This document shows positions 51,345 through 64,000 of a DNA stretch of 64,000 nt, piece by piece. The notes beneath the pieces are model-generated. The model had not been told where the DNA came from. It worked only from the letters and a program-made list of their open reading frames with translations, and searched no databases. Numbering within the stretch: position 1 is the stretch's first letter; each line of letters opens with the position of its first letter. The position numbers and the translations under genes are program-made. The DNA lies in the NCBI RefSeq assembly GCF_964204645.1, contig NC_134026.1, positions 9,633,950 through 9,697,949 of the forward strand, in the 5' to 3' direction. The DNA comes from Tubulanus polymorphus (Eukaryota > Animalia > Nemertea).

Positions 51345-54300
51345 GGTAAACCGGGGACACAACAAAATCACTATTACCCACCACCGGGTCCAAACCAGAA
51401 TCCTCCAGTTTTTGAAATAGATTTGGGAAACGAAGATCGGCTTATGAGTATGAGGTGAATCATAAGCAATGGCCACAGCAAATCATTTGTAGATACGAAC
51501 AGGAAAACAGCGTTTATCCAAATGTGTATAACAGTACTGGTTGTATCCGTAATTCTGATAAAATCATAACGTACGGTGACAACCAACTGAACAGCTGTTA
51601 TAGCAATAATCTCTGGTATAGAGACAGCTCGAAATTTAAAGGTTCAATGCTGGAAAATTCATGTAGTTTCATTGTAGATAATAACGTGCGTAAATCGCAA
51701 TATGAGAGTAGTGTACCAATGAACGTTGATAATTTAATTTCAGTATATGATAATAGTCTATGTACTCGAGGTACGAGAACTTCTAATGAAGGAATCAATG
51801 AAAAAACAAGTATCAATAATAATAGTAATGGCAATAATGATTCAAAACCTAGTTTGTAAGTAACGACCCGAAAAGGGCCGACGGAGCAAGTTATTAACGC
51901 TACTGAAATAAAAAGTTTAGAGAGTGAATCAGCAGAGAATTCAGAAATATGTAAAGAGGTATTTTTAAAACGTGAAAATGATAGTATATTAAGTAATGAA
52001 AATAATTCTGAGTTAACTGATTCGAATCTGAATAAGAATTTTAGGGTAGCAGATAATAAAATAATCTCCAGCACTGAGGGTACTTCCAGGAAAGAGTTTT
52101 ATACTAAGGATGAACAAAGTAAAACTATAATTGATTCGTACGAAAAGGACACAAATCCTTCGTCAATAATGATAGTATTCAAAAAATTTCTACAAATGAT
52201 ATGGCTGATCTTGCCTCAAAAATGAACAAGGAACCCGTCAAATTTGACCCTGGGGAGGATATTCAAGGGCTCTGCAGATGGGCAGTTAAGAAACTGAGAT
52301 ATATTAAATGTGCACGTCAGAACCAAATAATTGAAAACTGTTGGAAGGGTGAGAAAAAAGAGGTGCCTGTATGCCAAAGGTCTGGAGAGGAAATACTTCA
52401 TGATTTGGCTAACTTTTTAAATTGCGTGACTAAGGTTAATACATGAACTTTAATTGACAATTCTACCCTAGATTTTGAAAATAAATGTAGAATTTTCATT
52501 AAGGAACTGCCGACTGTTGAGTGTGCGGACCCTTTTGACCAAAATATTTTGAATGAACTAAACACACTGTTAGAAAGGTTAGTGAAATTGGGTAATAAAA
52601 GTATGGAGCAAGCAAATGAATAGAGCACCACCATACTAGCTTCAGTTGCCAGCACTGTTCCGGCAAAAATTAATAATGGCCGTTATAATGTTCTGATAGA
52701 CAGTGGTGCTATGATTTCCGTTTTGGATAGCCAAATTTATCATAAATCCCCATCATTGAAAACTATTCCGATTAAAGAAGGACAACTTAGGGTCGCTCAC
52801 TCTGCAAACGGTTCTCCTATTAAATTAGACGGAACTGTAGAAATTCCGATTTGGATAGGTCAAGAAAAGTTAAGACAGATGGTCTATTTAGCAAGTCCAC
52901 TACAACAAAAGTTAATATTGGGCCTAGATTTTATGAATGAAAAAAAGAGTTCAGTTAGATTTTTGTACAGGGACAATGTCCTTAGATAACGGTTATCCAA
53001 TACAGCTACAAAAACAGGTTGGCCTTGGTCATCAGGCCAAGGTTACGGCAAATAGCGATATCACTATTCCTCCAAAATCACAATGTAACATAAGCAGCAA
53101 ACTAAACGAGTATCTTGCAGATCATAACCATGTTCTCTTCGAGCCAGATGTATATTTGAAAAGCCGCTACAATATCCACAGTGACTAATGTATTGTGGAA
53201 GTTCATAAGAAACAAGTACCACTAAAATTATACAATACTACCAACATACCTCCGAATATTAGGAAGGTTTTGTATAGCTAGAATATTCGGCAGTTTCAAA
53301 AGATCGTTTCGACCAAATACCTCAATTAAATTAACAATCCGATATTAAAGATAATAGCCCCTTAGCAGTTAATAACTTAGACATTGACGCGACCAATTCC
53401 GACGTGAGTCCGAATGGTAGGGAGAAATTGAAAGCTTTACTCGAGGAATATCGAGACATTTTTGCAAAAGATAGTGGGGAGCTTACACGAGCTATTGTGC
53501 CATGGCAAAACCGGATCCATACCGGTGTAACACCACCTATCAGGCTTAGACCGTATAGACCTCCAGTTGCACTGAGGGAGGTCGAAGGTAAACATGTTAA
53601 AAAGTTGGCTGAACATGGCATTGTCAGGGAGTCCACGTATGAATGGGCATCTCCATGTATATTAGTACGCAAGGGGGGGCCAAACAAATCCTGATGGCTC
53701 ACCCTCTTATTGGATGGTTCATGATTATCGCCAATTGAATAAGGCAACTAAAATTGATACGTTTCCTGGACCAACTATAGCAGAGATATTTACAAATATA
53801 GGAAAAGGAAGGGTTTTCTCCTTTTGGAGAAATATTACATATGTTCATAGGGATGTGTTACACAATATTTGCGAGGTTTTCCTTGATGATATTATCATAT
53901 TTCCAAAGACGAAGAGTCCCATTTTGAACATCTACGGCTTGTGTTCCAAAGGCTGAGGGAAGCCAAATTATAACTAAAAAGTACGAAATGTCACTTCTCT
54001 AAGATCGTCAAGTATCTAGGATATCTAGTAAACCGAATTGGGGCTACTTCCATGTGGTGAAAAGATAGATAAAGTTAAGAAGTTAAGTTGTGCGGTTCCC
54101 AAGAACCTTAAAACATTGAGGGGATTCTTGGGGTTAACAGGGTTTTACAGATCGTTCATCAAACTTTTGCAGAAAGATATTAAATTTGTGTGGTCAAAAG
54201 AGTGTCAAACGGCTTTTGAAACACTTGAGGCTGCTCTTCAAACTCCCCCCATTCTCAAGTTCCCAGACTTTGACACACCATTTATTCTACAAACTGATGC

Positions 54301-55635
54301 AAGTAATTTGGCATGTGGTATGGTATTGAGTCAAGTCGGTGAGGATGGGAAGGAACACCCAATCGAGTACGCCTCAAAACAGTTTAATAAGGCAGAATTG
54401 AATTACAATACCACATGCAAAGAATTGGCTGCTATATTATATGGAGTTTGTCATTTTCAACCATTCTTATATGGTCGACATTTCATTATACAAACTGACC
54501 ACATAAGTTTATTGTTTCTACAGAGGATGAAAAATCTTATTCCACAAATGTTGCGTATCCTTGATGAATTATCCGAGTATGATTTTGAAATTAGACACAA
54601 ATCTGGTCGCATCCATGGAAATGCCGATGGTTTAAGTAGAATGAAGTTCGACGATCCTATAGATAATTCAGCCATCGTATCTGAAGTAGATGTCGATTCA
54701 GTTCTCAAAGAACAAATGGAACAGACATTTAGCTAACATTATCAACTATTTGACTAGCGGTATATTACCGATTGATAACAAGGACGACGCAAGAACTGTT
54801 CTACTGTCGGCCGATCAATATACACTAAATGATAAGGGTGTACTATATCATATCCCAAGGCCCGCTAAAAACCAGAATGGCGATTACTTCTTACAGCTTG
54901 TTGTGCCGGAGTCACTTAAATTAGACATTTTAAAGTTCATGCATGACGAGCATATCTCTGGTCATTTTGGGGTTCCTAAAAATTATGCGAGAATATACCA
55001 GAATTATTATTGGAAGAATATGTATAGGGATGTAAAACACTTTGTGAACAGTTGCCCTGCTTGCAACCAACGTAAGAAACCTAGTAAACCTGCACGTGCT
55101 CCAGTCCAGCCTCAGGATATCCCTGATGGACCATTTGTAAAAATTTCCGTAGATTGTGTTGGACCTATCACTAAGTCCGAAGATGGTATGATGCAAATTG
55201 TAGATTTTGTTTGTAACTTCACACGATACTGTGAGGCATTCGCTGTTCCAGATATCACAGCACCTACAATAGCCAGGGTCATGTATGACAAAATTCTTCT
55301 CAGATATGGCTTCCTGCGTTAATTATTAAGTGACCGGGGAAGTAATTTTCTTAGTGAAATGGTCGAAGAAATTTTGAAGCGAGCAAAAATTAAACATAAA
55401 AGAACTGCGTCATTTAACCTAAAATGCAATGGTCTGTGTGAAGTGACAAACAACCTCAAAAAACGCTCCTTTCCATGATGATTTCTGAGAAACAAACTGA
55501 TTGGACCAAATATCTAAGGGCCGCAGTATTTGCTTATAATATGAGTCCAATGAAATCGACTGCAAATTTCAGTCCATTTTACCTGATGTTCCTTAGACAT
55601 CCTAACACTCCATTGGATAATGCATTATTGGAGCC

Positions 55636-58600
55636 TGTTATGGCCAAATTTACCACTCGTCGTTTCGGTTTGGAATTTGTCGGTTTTCGGCGATAATTAG
55701 CTCGCTTTTCTTGGCACATCTTAGAGTGTGTTACTGGTCCAGGGAAGACTGGTTGAGTTTTCTTTCCCTCATGTGTTTTTCTCCGAGACCCGTGATTTTA
55801 TATGTGGTCGAATGTTTCGGTAAGCAATTATTTTAGATACTCGTTATTCTTGTAAGATATCATTTTGTCGTTCTCGCCTAAATATAGAGATATATTCCTT
55901 GGTTTATATTTGGCACCGTTTTGGCCCTTTCCTCGTGTAATCTTGTTTTAATCTTTGTTCATTTAACTTTATCTGTAATGCTTCTCCATTCAGGTGCAAC
56001 ACTTATTGTTGTTACCCCTGCATTAGCTTTATTCATAAGGAAGATTTAAGATGCTTAGTGTATATCTGTTGAACTTTTAGTTTGCATACTTGCTAAACGA
56101 TGGCAGCACCATCTAGTTGTATCTATAACTGAGAATGTAAACATACTGTTTGTATCTTTCAGCTAATCGTGTTTAACCCTTTGGCTGCCATAGGCGACTT
56201 ACGTCGACATCCCAGTAAACTGGCATAGGCGACCGCTGTCGACTTTCATGACACTTGTTAAACAAACATGTTTTACGGCCGGAGTTCCACCCGCCACGCC
56301 ACCAGCAACATCTGCTTCCGTTCGAGACAGTTTCTGGCGTTCATTAGCACAACCGGGAAGTTAATGTCGCTATTTTAGTTTTCGCGTAAAACAACACTGA
56401 ACTAAGGTGAATTTCTCGATTGTTTTAGTGATTTTGTTGATTGATTACACTGCAATATGTCTCGTCGTTTTACAGTTAACGACGTTGTTGATGAAATAAT
56501 TATGCAGGACAGTGATTCTGACTTTAAATTGGGTGAAGAATCGGGCAGTGAAGATAAAAATGACTCTTCTGCTGCATCTTCACCTGCCAGTAGTGTCAGA
56601 AATGATAGCGACGAATATTTGAGTGATGCTGGGACAAATTCTGATGGTTCTTCCACTCGCAGCAGGTCACCTACCCCTCCTGCTGCACCAGTAGCTAATA
56701 GAATAGCCAGAGGAAGGCCCCCAGCACGTCCAAGGGGACAAGGGCATGGACGTGGTCGTGGCGCAAAGGTTGGAAGAGTAAAAGTCCCTGCTCGCCGTCA
56801 ACGAATCCGTGGACGTGGTGGTGCTCGAGGTGGTGTACAGAGAAACGCGCCAGTTATTCTGTGCAATGCTGGTCATGATGGTACTGTTTCAATATGGTGT
56901 CCAGCTTATACAATGAACCCTGGTGGAATAGCAGGACTAGAGGATCTTCCTCCGGTAGAACTTTTCAAACTTTTTTATCCTGATGAAGTTTTTGAACTCA
57001 TTGTGCAAGAGACTAATAGGTATGCCGAACAATTTTTTGACACACCTGATGAATTTCCTGCAAAATCAAGATATCTATCATGGAAAGAAGTTGATTTGAA
57101 TGAAATCAAAATAGTTACAGCTTTACATATAGCAATGGGTATGTGTCACAAACCTTCTATTGAGTTTTACTTCAATTCACATTGGTTACTCCAAACTCCT
57201 TGTTTCAATGAACTGATTAGTCGTAACCGATTCCAGCTAATAACCACTTTCGTGCATTTTGCTGATAATTCCCAGAGAGTAGAGAAAGGTCAGCCTGGAT
57301 ATGACCCACTCTTCAAGATCAAACCACTTCTTGATATTTGTATACCAAATTATAGGCAGTACTTCATACCGCACCATGAATTATCAGTAGACGAAAGCAT
57401 GGTCAAGTTCAAAGGGCGTGTTTTTTTCCGCCAGTACCTCCCCAAAAAGCCTGTAAAGTGGGGAATCAAAGTATGGGCAATAGCCGACAGTAGAACTGGT
57501 TATTGTCTGGACTGGAAGGTTTACACTGGCAAATCGGACAACATTGAACACGGCCTTGGTTACAGAGTTGTAACTGATCTTGTTCAGAATTATTATAACC
57601 GAGGTCACCATTGATAATTTCTTCAATTCCCCAGATCTCTTGTTAAAAATGGTAGCTGAACAAACAGGGGTATGTGGTACAGTTAGATCTGATCGAATTG
57701 GTATGCCCCTCATATGCCTGATTGTCGACCAAAGCGTGGTGATGCGCCTAAATTTTGGCAAGCACCCAACGCCATGGCCTGTTGTTGGCAAGATGTCAAG
57801 AGGGTGACTATGTTGTCATCTATTCATGCTAATGGATTGTACAATTGTGAAATAAGAGATTAAAAGTCAGCTAATGGTGTTAGAGTGGTCAGAAAGCCAG
57901 AGTGTGTCAGAGATTACAACTCATTTATGGGTGGTGTAGATAAATATGACCAGTACCTCCAGTATCATGATCATGACAGACGAGCAGTAAAATGGTACAA
58001 CCGCATATATCATAGATGTAGGGAAACTGCTTTGGTTAATGCTTATCTCTTGTACAGAAACTTGCATCCGGCCTCAAAAATCACTCATCTGGAGTTCAGA
58101 ATTAAGGTTCTTGATGGGTTGCTTGACGGCTGTACTGCTGTAAGGCAGCGCACGGGTCGACCTAGTACCGACTCACCCCTAAGACTGACTGAAAGGCATT
58201 TCATGGGTAAGAGAGAAGACAAGAGATACAAACCTGATTGTGTAGTATGCAGCAATAGGGCGGTAAAAAGGGTCCAGACTTCATTTTTCTGCAAGCAGTG
58301 TGACATAGCAATGTGCCCTATTCCGTGTTTTGAAAAATATCACACACTCAGAAACTACAGAGACTAAAAGTTAAAAGATATTTTTTTGTGTATTTACAGT
58401 ACTGTATTATTTACATCAAACTTATTACAAGATAATACAATTGTATGTTTCGTTCTACTGGAACAGGTTTCATATTGAATTTGAATATTGAATTTGGTTT
58501 TGTTTTTTGACGTTATTGTTTTTCTTCATTATTTGACCTTTCGGTGACCTTTGACCTTGATATTAGAGGGCAAAGGGTCAAGATTTGGACATATATGTGT

Positions 58601-58819
58601 AGCCCTCTCTGTTCTCAACAAACTTATATTACATCATTTTTACATGTTCCCAATGGTTTTGGAGGTACACTGGATCTTGTATATGCTGTCAAAATACTCA
58701 GGTATAGTTAAAATTAACTTGGCAGTCAGACCTATGAAAGAATAAATAAATACGCATTGATCTCATTCGAGCGTCGAGTCAAGTTTCTTTGGAGCACTGT
58801 CTCGGTTTGAGGATTCACA
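55636..58819. mobile_element. Solo LTR inserted in the Gypsy integrase, itself carrying a piggyBac
   Basis: TGT...ACA ends with 5-bp TSD GAGCC (55631-55635, 58820-58824); ~0.6 kb after removing the piggyBac. Confidence 0.8.
56177..58730 (+). mobile_element. piggyBac transposon (PGBD4-like), frameshifted
   Basis: TTAA|CCCTTTGGCTGCCA left end; partial right TIR TGGCAGTCA; ORFs 56457-58367 with SVDESM, DNFF, GGVDKYDQ and a Cys-rich tail. Confidence 0.92.
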
Positions 58820-59523
58820 GAGCCAACTATAAACCCTAATGATTTGAATGAACACGTGCGTTTAGCTCAGAACAAATTAGAATACGTGTATAAAGTAGCT
58901 AGATATGGACTAGGGAATGCACAATACGAAACAGTATGAACTTTAAGAAACAGTATGACAAAAAGGCCTCTGCACCTGACTATAGGGTTGGTGATCATTG
59001 TTGGGTCTTTTTCCCAAGCTTTAGAAAGGGCCTTACTAGGAAATTACAGAAAAGATTCCAGGGTCCTTTCCACGTTACTAAGATAGTGGGGCCTTCTACG
59101 TATGAGCTTAAATGTGCTTAGACAGGTAAATACATGAAAAGTCCAGTTGCTGCGGATCGTTTGAAGCCATTTATACACTGTGATGATCTACCCATTGGCA
59201 CTCAGCCTGATGATCATGGTGCTCCCCCTGGATCATGATCTCGCAACTACCGATGATGATTTAGTTGATATTCCAGATGATGTGTATATCATCAAAGAAA
59301 TATTAGGCTATAAAATTATCGATGGGAAGCGTCACTTTAAAATATGGTGGGAAGGCTATACTAGACAAGAAGCTACATTTGAGCCCAAGGAAAATATCTT
59401 AAATCCTAAATTGATTGAGGACTATTTTAAGTAAAAAAAAAAAAACAAAAAAAGTAAAGTAATATTTGGGGGATAATTAGTGAGGGGTTTACAGAGTTTT
59501 GCTTTCCTTCTTTTAGGTCGGAT

Positions 59524-60585
59524 ATGAAGGTTCAAATACTTCTTGTTGGTATGGTGATGGCGGTTATGACGTACCAGACAGGTGCATCCTCTAATTCAGT
59601 CGTAATGCTTAATTGGGGTGGTTTTTAATAAGTTTACTGCAATTTGGAACGGGGTGTCCAAGTATAGGCACACGTTTTGTATTCCGTGGGCCAAGTTCGA
59701 TTTATATAATATTGCGGAATTACCCTTTCCTCGTCAGCCTCGGAACTCGCCCTATGATGGCGGCGATATGTTAAACGTCGTTATAAGGAAGTTGAACCTA
59801 CAGATTGGCGAAACACGAAAAGAACTTAATGCGAACATCGCTGTCATAAAATCTCTGATACCCGTTAAGGCAAATAATAGACGGAAACGAGCTTTAGGAT
59901 TTTTTGGCAGCATTGCAAAATCACTTTTTGGCTTGGCTTCCGATGATGAGGTTCAAGCCTTGAAACAGCATGTAGAGAAGATGGAATCGGGTTTAGTGGG
60001 GATGACGGATCAGATTGTCCAGCAAGGGAAAACTTAAAATTCATTCATGAACACAACGAACAAACGAATTGAAAATGCTATCATAAATCATAAGTTACTA
60101 CAACAATTCGCTGACACTTATAAGCGACAGACAGCAATCTTTCGTGGATCTCAAAAAACTGTTGCCGATAGATTATCTAGGCTAAATATATCCGTTTCTT
60201 CGTTGTCTGTTCTCATGGACAATATGGTAGATTATCAATATCGATTTGGAATAGTAGTTCGACACTCCGATGAACTGTTACAGGCAACACAACTTCTTTT
60301 AGATGGGTTCCTGCCCATAACAATGGTGGGTCCCGAGAAGATTAAAAGAGTGGTGAACCACGTTGAGAATCTTTTGAGTCATCACTATCCGAGCTTTAAG
60401 GTCACCCATAATCACCCTAGTTTTTACTATCAAATGCGTGACATCGCTTTTACGCAAACCGATCAATATCTATACGTTACTATTGCGGTTCCGATACACA
60501 GGGTTCATGGGTGTGTATCACATCGATTGCCCTATCAGTTCTGTCTAATGCTACCAGCGTAAATACTACGAAGATTGTAGGGCTA
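59524..60585 (+). pseudogene. env-like class I fusion protein (F-type), 3'-truncated
   Basis: Acceptor ccttcttttag at ~59517; signal peptide MKVQILLVGMVMAV; furin site RRKR followed by fusion peptide ALGFFGSIAKSLFGLA and heptad repeats. Confidence 0.8.
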
Positions 60586-60586
60586 C

Positions 60587-61286
60587 TGTTGTGCAGATAG
60601 TTTAGATAAATGTACGGAAGCTGGAGTTCATGGCCAGTGTTGTTATTGCCAGATAACCTTCGTTGATGCGTACGTCATACATAAACATAAATAGAAGTTA
60701 TATAAATAAACAAGTCTGGAACTGACGTATGTGTCTACGTAGGTAAACCTAATATGGTGCGGCCATGGACTCTGATGAGTGCAAAGGGATATTTATAGGT
60801 AATTGTGACATGTGCAGATACGTCATCACCCATACATGGATGGGAGGAATGTTGTGACGTATGAATACGTCACAATCCATGAATTCCGAGCCATGTGTGG
60901 AAGAGGGCCTGCACACGTTACTTAAGATATAATAATATAAAAGGGTTTAAGAAAGCTTTGGAGGGAGGCTGGAGAGAAGAGGTTTTAGGGAGAGCTCCGG
61001 GGAATGATCTGTATACATCTAGTAAGAAGAAATAAACAAAGGATAACTGTAGAAATTGTTAAGTTATTTCTGAGAGCCGTGTAAGAAGTCAAGACCAAGG
61101 ACTGAGATCTGATCTAAGAGAATGTCATAGGTAGAGAATCCATACACACAACATTGTTGGAGAACTGAAACCATACAACATTGGTGGAGAACAGTGGTGT
61201 ATCCTGCACCTCTCGCTGCCAAGCGATCCAGAGTATATTTGGTGAGTGAACACGGGGTGAAGTAAGAGTATAAGATGAACGTTACA
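60587..61286 (+). repeat. Probable unrelated LTR truncating env
   Basis: TGTTGT start, TATA-like motif at ~60935, AATAAA at ~61031, ...GTTACA end; no TSD identified. Confidence 0.4.
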
Positions 61287-62344
61287 TTGCGTGACCGTAA
61301 TAACATAAAATACAGGCCGCTACCGCGGGTTAAGTTGAGATATTGCGGATAACTCGATCTGTGTATAAAAATCATTCCCGTTCAGATTTGAGGAGTTATG
61401 ATATTCGGTTCCTGTCCGTAATATGCAGTTGATATCATCAGATACTTTGTTTTTGTGAATTGTGAGCTTCTAGTAGAGGGTGATTGTGTCTTGTGATAAC
61501 TTCGAGAAATCAAAGATCAAATAGCTAGTACAATGGTTTTTGCGAAATCGTGTTTTGGATGGTTAGGATTGACGGCTAACGGAACGGTGTGCGAATATGA
61601 AGCATAACGAACTCAAGGAAGTTGATTTGATGCAATGGCGAGTGATCGAGACGTCGTGCGTATACATTTAAATCAATCGGCGAATGGAAAATTGTGCGGG
61701 AAGACGACCTTGGACAAGTTTAATGGACTCCGAACCTTGAACGTATATATAATGATGATGTTTTAACGTGCATGCTTATACTGTATAAAACTTGCGTTTT
61801 TAGGCTGAATCGGAAAATTAAATTGAGCGTATTATTGATATTTATTTCCAAATACTGGGTTTATTAGATTAAATTACTACGCAGTGTTGATGTATACATC
61901 GTTGTTTGTTGCAGGCTTAAGTATTTATTTTAGGATTTTTTTTTCTCTCCGATTTTTTATTTTGGCTAGTCTATGATGTTGCGAATGCTATTTTTACATA
62001 CGTCTTATTCATAACAGCTTTTACTCTCTATTTCAACGGTTCCAAGCCGCAAATAGCAGTTCATGTTATCCCTGCCTAGACTACGGATAAATGTGCTTTC
62101 TGAGGCTATGGGTGGGGACTAGCAGCTGACATCTCAACAATACGAATGTACGTATATGGTATATTCATTTTAGTTAATTTTCGGCTCGACTTTGTAATAA
62201 GCGCTTATCAAAATTACTGTGGAATGAATCATGAATTTATTGTTGAACATGTCTGCCAACATGTGCTGGGCACATAATAATCAACTAAATGATGTATCTG
62301 GCATCTGTATTAATTTACGTCGTTGATTAAGTCGGTGATGAAAG

Positions 62345-62548
62345 TCACCCAAACCACCAAAGGTTGTCAGAAAAGGTCCAGTGAGTGATGTTCAGAAAGA
62401 CCGCTATGCACATTGGCCAGCCAAACTTCAGAAACGGGGACGTTGTAAGAACTGTACGGATGGATACACAGATACCGCCTGCGAAAAATGCAATGTCCGT
62501 CTCTGTTTCAATGATAAGAGGAATTGTTATATGATGTATCATACATAA
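62345..62548 (+). pseudogene. piggyBac C-terminal Cys-rich domain fragment
   Basis: DVQKDRYAHWP...RCKNC...CEKCNVRLC...RNCYMMYH. Confidence 0.75.
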
Positions 62549-62639
62549 ATGTACTGAAAAGGTGTCAGTTACAATAGAAAATTAATCTGTAGTGTGAATA
62601 AAGTCTTGAATTGATGTCGTTTCAGTTCTCATCCAAGAG

Positions 62640-62975
62640 ATATGTATCCTATTGCCTTTAATCCCACTTTTAAGTTCCGTCGATTTGACGTCACATACAA
62701 ACATCTACATTCAAAGAGCAAATATACAGGCAAACGTCCAATATTAACTGGACCTGTCCATTTACAATATTGTAAAACTATATGTGGATGATTATAGCCA
62801 ACTATCTTTTACAATGTCAAAGTGCTGTTCAAATATTAGTGATATTTTATCATTTGGTACTGATGGAGAAAGTGCGTTAAGTGATGCTGACAATCAGTTT
62901 ATCACACATGCTGTTCATTTGAGATGCACACGCCATTTCGAATCTCATTTGAAAAATCATATTTTACCTACGGAA
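62640..62975 (+). pseudogene. MULE-like transposase remnant
   Basis: NPTF...PILTGP and FGTDGESAL...HLRCTRH (D...CxxH). Confidence 0.65.
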
Positions 62976-63248
62976 GCTCCTAGGTTACATATGGGATAAT
63001 TTTTTCTCAATTTCCACAAGTCGAAATTCGACTTATTAATTATTACAATTTTTCCGCAAACCATTACGGTTTGTGCAAACCCGTTTAAAACAAATGCACC
63101 TATTGATAAATGAGGAGTGTTGATAGAGGAAATCCCCAGTAGATGGCGCCACATGCATACAGGACCAGAGAGTTCACTTCGTGGTTCTGTATTGTATTAG
63201 CGTAACAAAGTCACAATAGCTTTTGTGCAAATTATCATATCAAAGGGA

Positions 63249-63399
63249 TTCCAGACAATTGTTGTTCGGTGTATGGATGTAGTAATCGAGGTGGACATTT
63301 ATTCCTAGTTGACAAGGATCACCGAAGATGAATGGATGCCGAATAAACACAGCATAGTCTGTACAAAACACTTTAAACCTGATGGTTATATACAGCTAG
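63249..63399 (+). pseudogene. THAP-domain fragment
   Basis: CCSVYGCSN...W.PNKHSIVCTKHF, then a gtaag donor; frameshifted. Confidence 0.65.
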
Positions 63400-63764
63400 G
63401 TAAGCATAAAATTGAATAAAGATGAATGTTAATATAATGATTTTAAAATTTCTGGCTGTGTTGTAGGTAGCTAGGCTTAATTTTTATCTTTTATAGAAAA
63501 AACTGTTAAAAAATGTTAACTTTCATAATAATGGTTAACGATTGATAGAACACTACATAGAATACTACTGATTTCAAGTTCTAATTTATATTTATACTCA
63601 CTATTGTTGTTTATAATTACCCCCTAGTTTGCTTCACTTTTAATCTATTTTAGCGTGTAACTGTATCTACGTTAATTTTCCTTTAGTTTGTATCATCTCT
63701 GATTACTTGAATTAGTCTCTTTGTCTCTGAATTGTATATATATCTCATAATTTTTGTAGTTTCT

Positions 63765-63815
63765 CATTATTCCTGAAGATGACTATTAGGATATAGTCGA
63801 AACATTGAAATAAAC
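63765..63815 (+). ncRNA. Penelope-type hammerhead-like motif
   Basis: CTGAAGA-tGACTATtaggatATAGTC-GAAAc followed by aataaa. Confidence 0.45.
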
Positions 63816-63817
63816 TA

Positions 63818-64000
63818 CCGTATTTTCCGGTGTACAAGTCGAACCGGTGTATAAGTCAAGGTCAAATTTTCAGTTTAAAAAGTTGTGCTAGGGCTATAGT
63901 CGGTGTATAAGTCGAGTCGCTTCTTCATAAGTTTACATATGTCACATTGAAAACAGTGCCGATGTCATTCTCATAGTAGTTGAGAGTATTTACCACTAAT
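63818..64000. mobile_element. Tc1/mariner (pogo/Tc2-like) element end
   Basis: TA|CCGTATTTTCCGG terminus with repeated cggtgtataagtc. Confidence 0.6.

Larger units (their letters stand above)
52640..59434 (+). pseudogene. pol (PR-RT-RNase H-IN-chromodomain), interrupted at 55636-58819
   Basis: LIDSGA; WASP, DYRQLN and FLDDI (RT with internal deletion); QTDAS...ELAAI...TDH; HHCC finger, SVDCVGP, SDRGSNF, FQGPF; IKEIL...FKIWWEGY...TFEPKENI. Confidence 0.9.
49796..60585 (+). mobile_element. Gypsy/Ty3 LTR retrotransposon with env, degraded; 3' LTR not seen
   Basis: Order LTR-PBS-gag-PR-RT-RH-IN-chromodomain-env. Confidence 0.92.

Noticed and set aside
60587-61286. 3' LTR of the env-bearing Gypsy
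   Set aside because: No similarity to the 5' LTR at 49796-50180, and it cuts env mid-gene

Overview
AT-rich animal genomic DNA (probably a marine lophotrochozoan; this is inferred from the TE families), made almost entirely of nested mobile elements around one intact host gene, MED21 (two coding exons, minus strand, 42809-45794, 145 aa). The centrepiece is a ~23 kb, very AT-rich, mildly decayed Polinton/Maverick endogenous virus (~9693-32600). It carries pPolB, RVE integrase, packaging ATPase, major and minor capsid proteins, an HNH nuclease and a cluster of membrane-protein genes, with no recognisable protease. It sits inside an Academ (XPG-type) transposon, which sits inside a hAT-like transposon. 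Twelve of its ORFs start with TAAATG (the poxvirus late initiator), while the replication/regulatory ORFs use TAAAAT(G), and a double hairpin lies where the two transcription units converge. Together these hint at a virophage-like dependence on a cytoplasmic large DNA virus (a hypothesis). The right half holds a Crypton tyrosine-recombinase element and a Gypsy LTR element with both a chromodomain integrase and an F-type env. There are also several piggyBacs, MULE/THAP/LINE remnants, Helentron-type HINEs, MITEs and two Penelope-type hammerhead motifs.
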